Source of the DNA: an uncultured Actinomycetes bacterium
GTDB lineage: Bacteria > Actinomycetota > Actinomycetes > S36-B12 > CAIYMF01
Direction: 5' to 3'
Assembly: GCA_963843975.1 (NCBI GenBank)
Contig: CAWJMG010000003.1
Span: 2,726,297 to 2,758,296 of the forward strand
DNA: 32,000 nucleotides
Shown here piece after piece: positions 31,995-32,000 of the stretch (positions are counted from its first letter, which is position 1; every line of letters starts with the position of its first letter). Under the pieces are notes generated by a model that had not been told where the DNA came from, did no database searches, and saw only the letters and a list, made by a program, of their open reading frames with translations. The position numbers and the translations under genes are program-made.

Positions 31995-32000
31995 ATTTCT

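Noticed and set aside
1-32000. CRISPR arrays, rRNA/tRNA genes, IS elements with terminal inverted repeats, integrase or recombinase genes
   Set aside because: I scanned for regularly spaced direct repeats, tRNA-like arms, DDE transposase or tyrosine/serine recombinase motifs among the plausible ORFs, and found none that could be supported.

Overview
About 31 kb of very GC-rich, actinobacterial-style DNA carries the backbone of a conjugative element (plasmid or ICE). No integrase, replication gene or element end is visible. From about 31,055 to 32,000 the DNA is AT-rich and clearly of different composition. Layout: (a) 1-2185: membrane protein, PAP2 phosphatase, secreted acidic protein. (b) 2718-6879 (+): MobF/TrwC-type relaxase-helicase, DUF4913-like protein, small thioredoxin-fold protein. 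(c) 6899-17048 (-): a tightly coupled Gram-positive-type T4SS operon followed by two separately spaced small genes. Gene order from 17048 down is a small VirB2-position membrane protein, a VirB6-like protein, a split VirB4 (membrane part plus ATPase), a tandem DnaB-N-domain protein, a VirD4/TraG coupling protein, an SLT-like plus NlpC/P60 wall hydrolase, an ArdC-like protein, a small hypothetical, and an Lsr2 DNA-binding-domain-only protein. (d) 17227-21271: an accessory island with visibly lower codon-3 GC, holding an AAA+ ATPase, a divergent 3-gene operon (TIGR04255-like, HTH antitoxin-like, unknown 240 aa) and a decayed remnant. (e) 21268-31052 (-): a Gram-positive Tad/Flp pilus operon (SAF/CpaB, frameshifted TadZ-like ParA, TadA, TadB, TadC, Flp-like pilin, three TadE-like pseudopilins) ending in a 1125-aa LysM-LysM-TM-SARP/BTAD protein. 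Most long ORFs in the six-frame track are antisense or out-of-frame shadows typical of high-GC DNA and were rejected. Family names come from motif recognition by eye, not database searches. Most noteworthy are the composition break at about 31,055, the physical T4SS plus Tad linkage, the membrane-spanning LysM-SARP protein coupled to the pilin genes, the accessory cassette, the tadZ frameshift and a motif cluster inside the relaxase gene.
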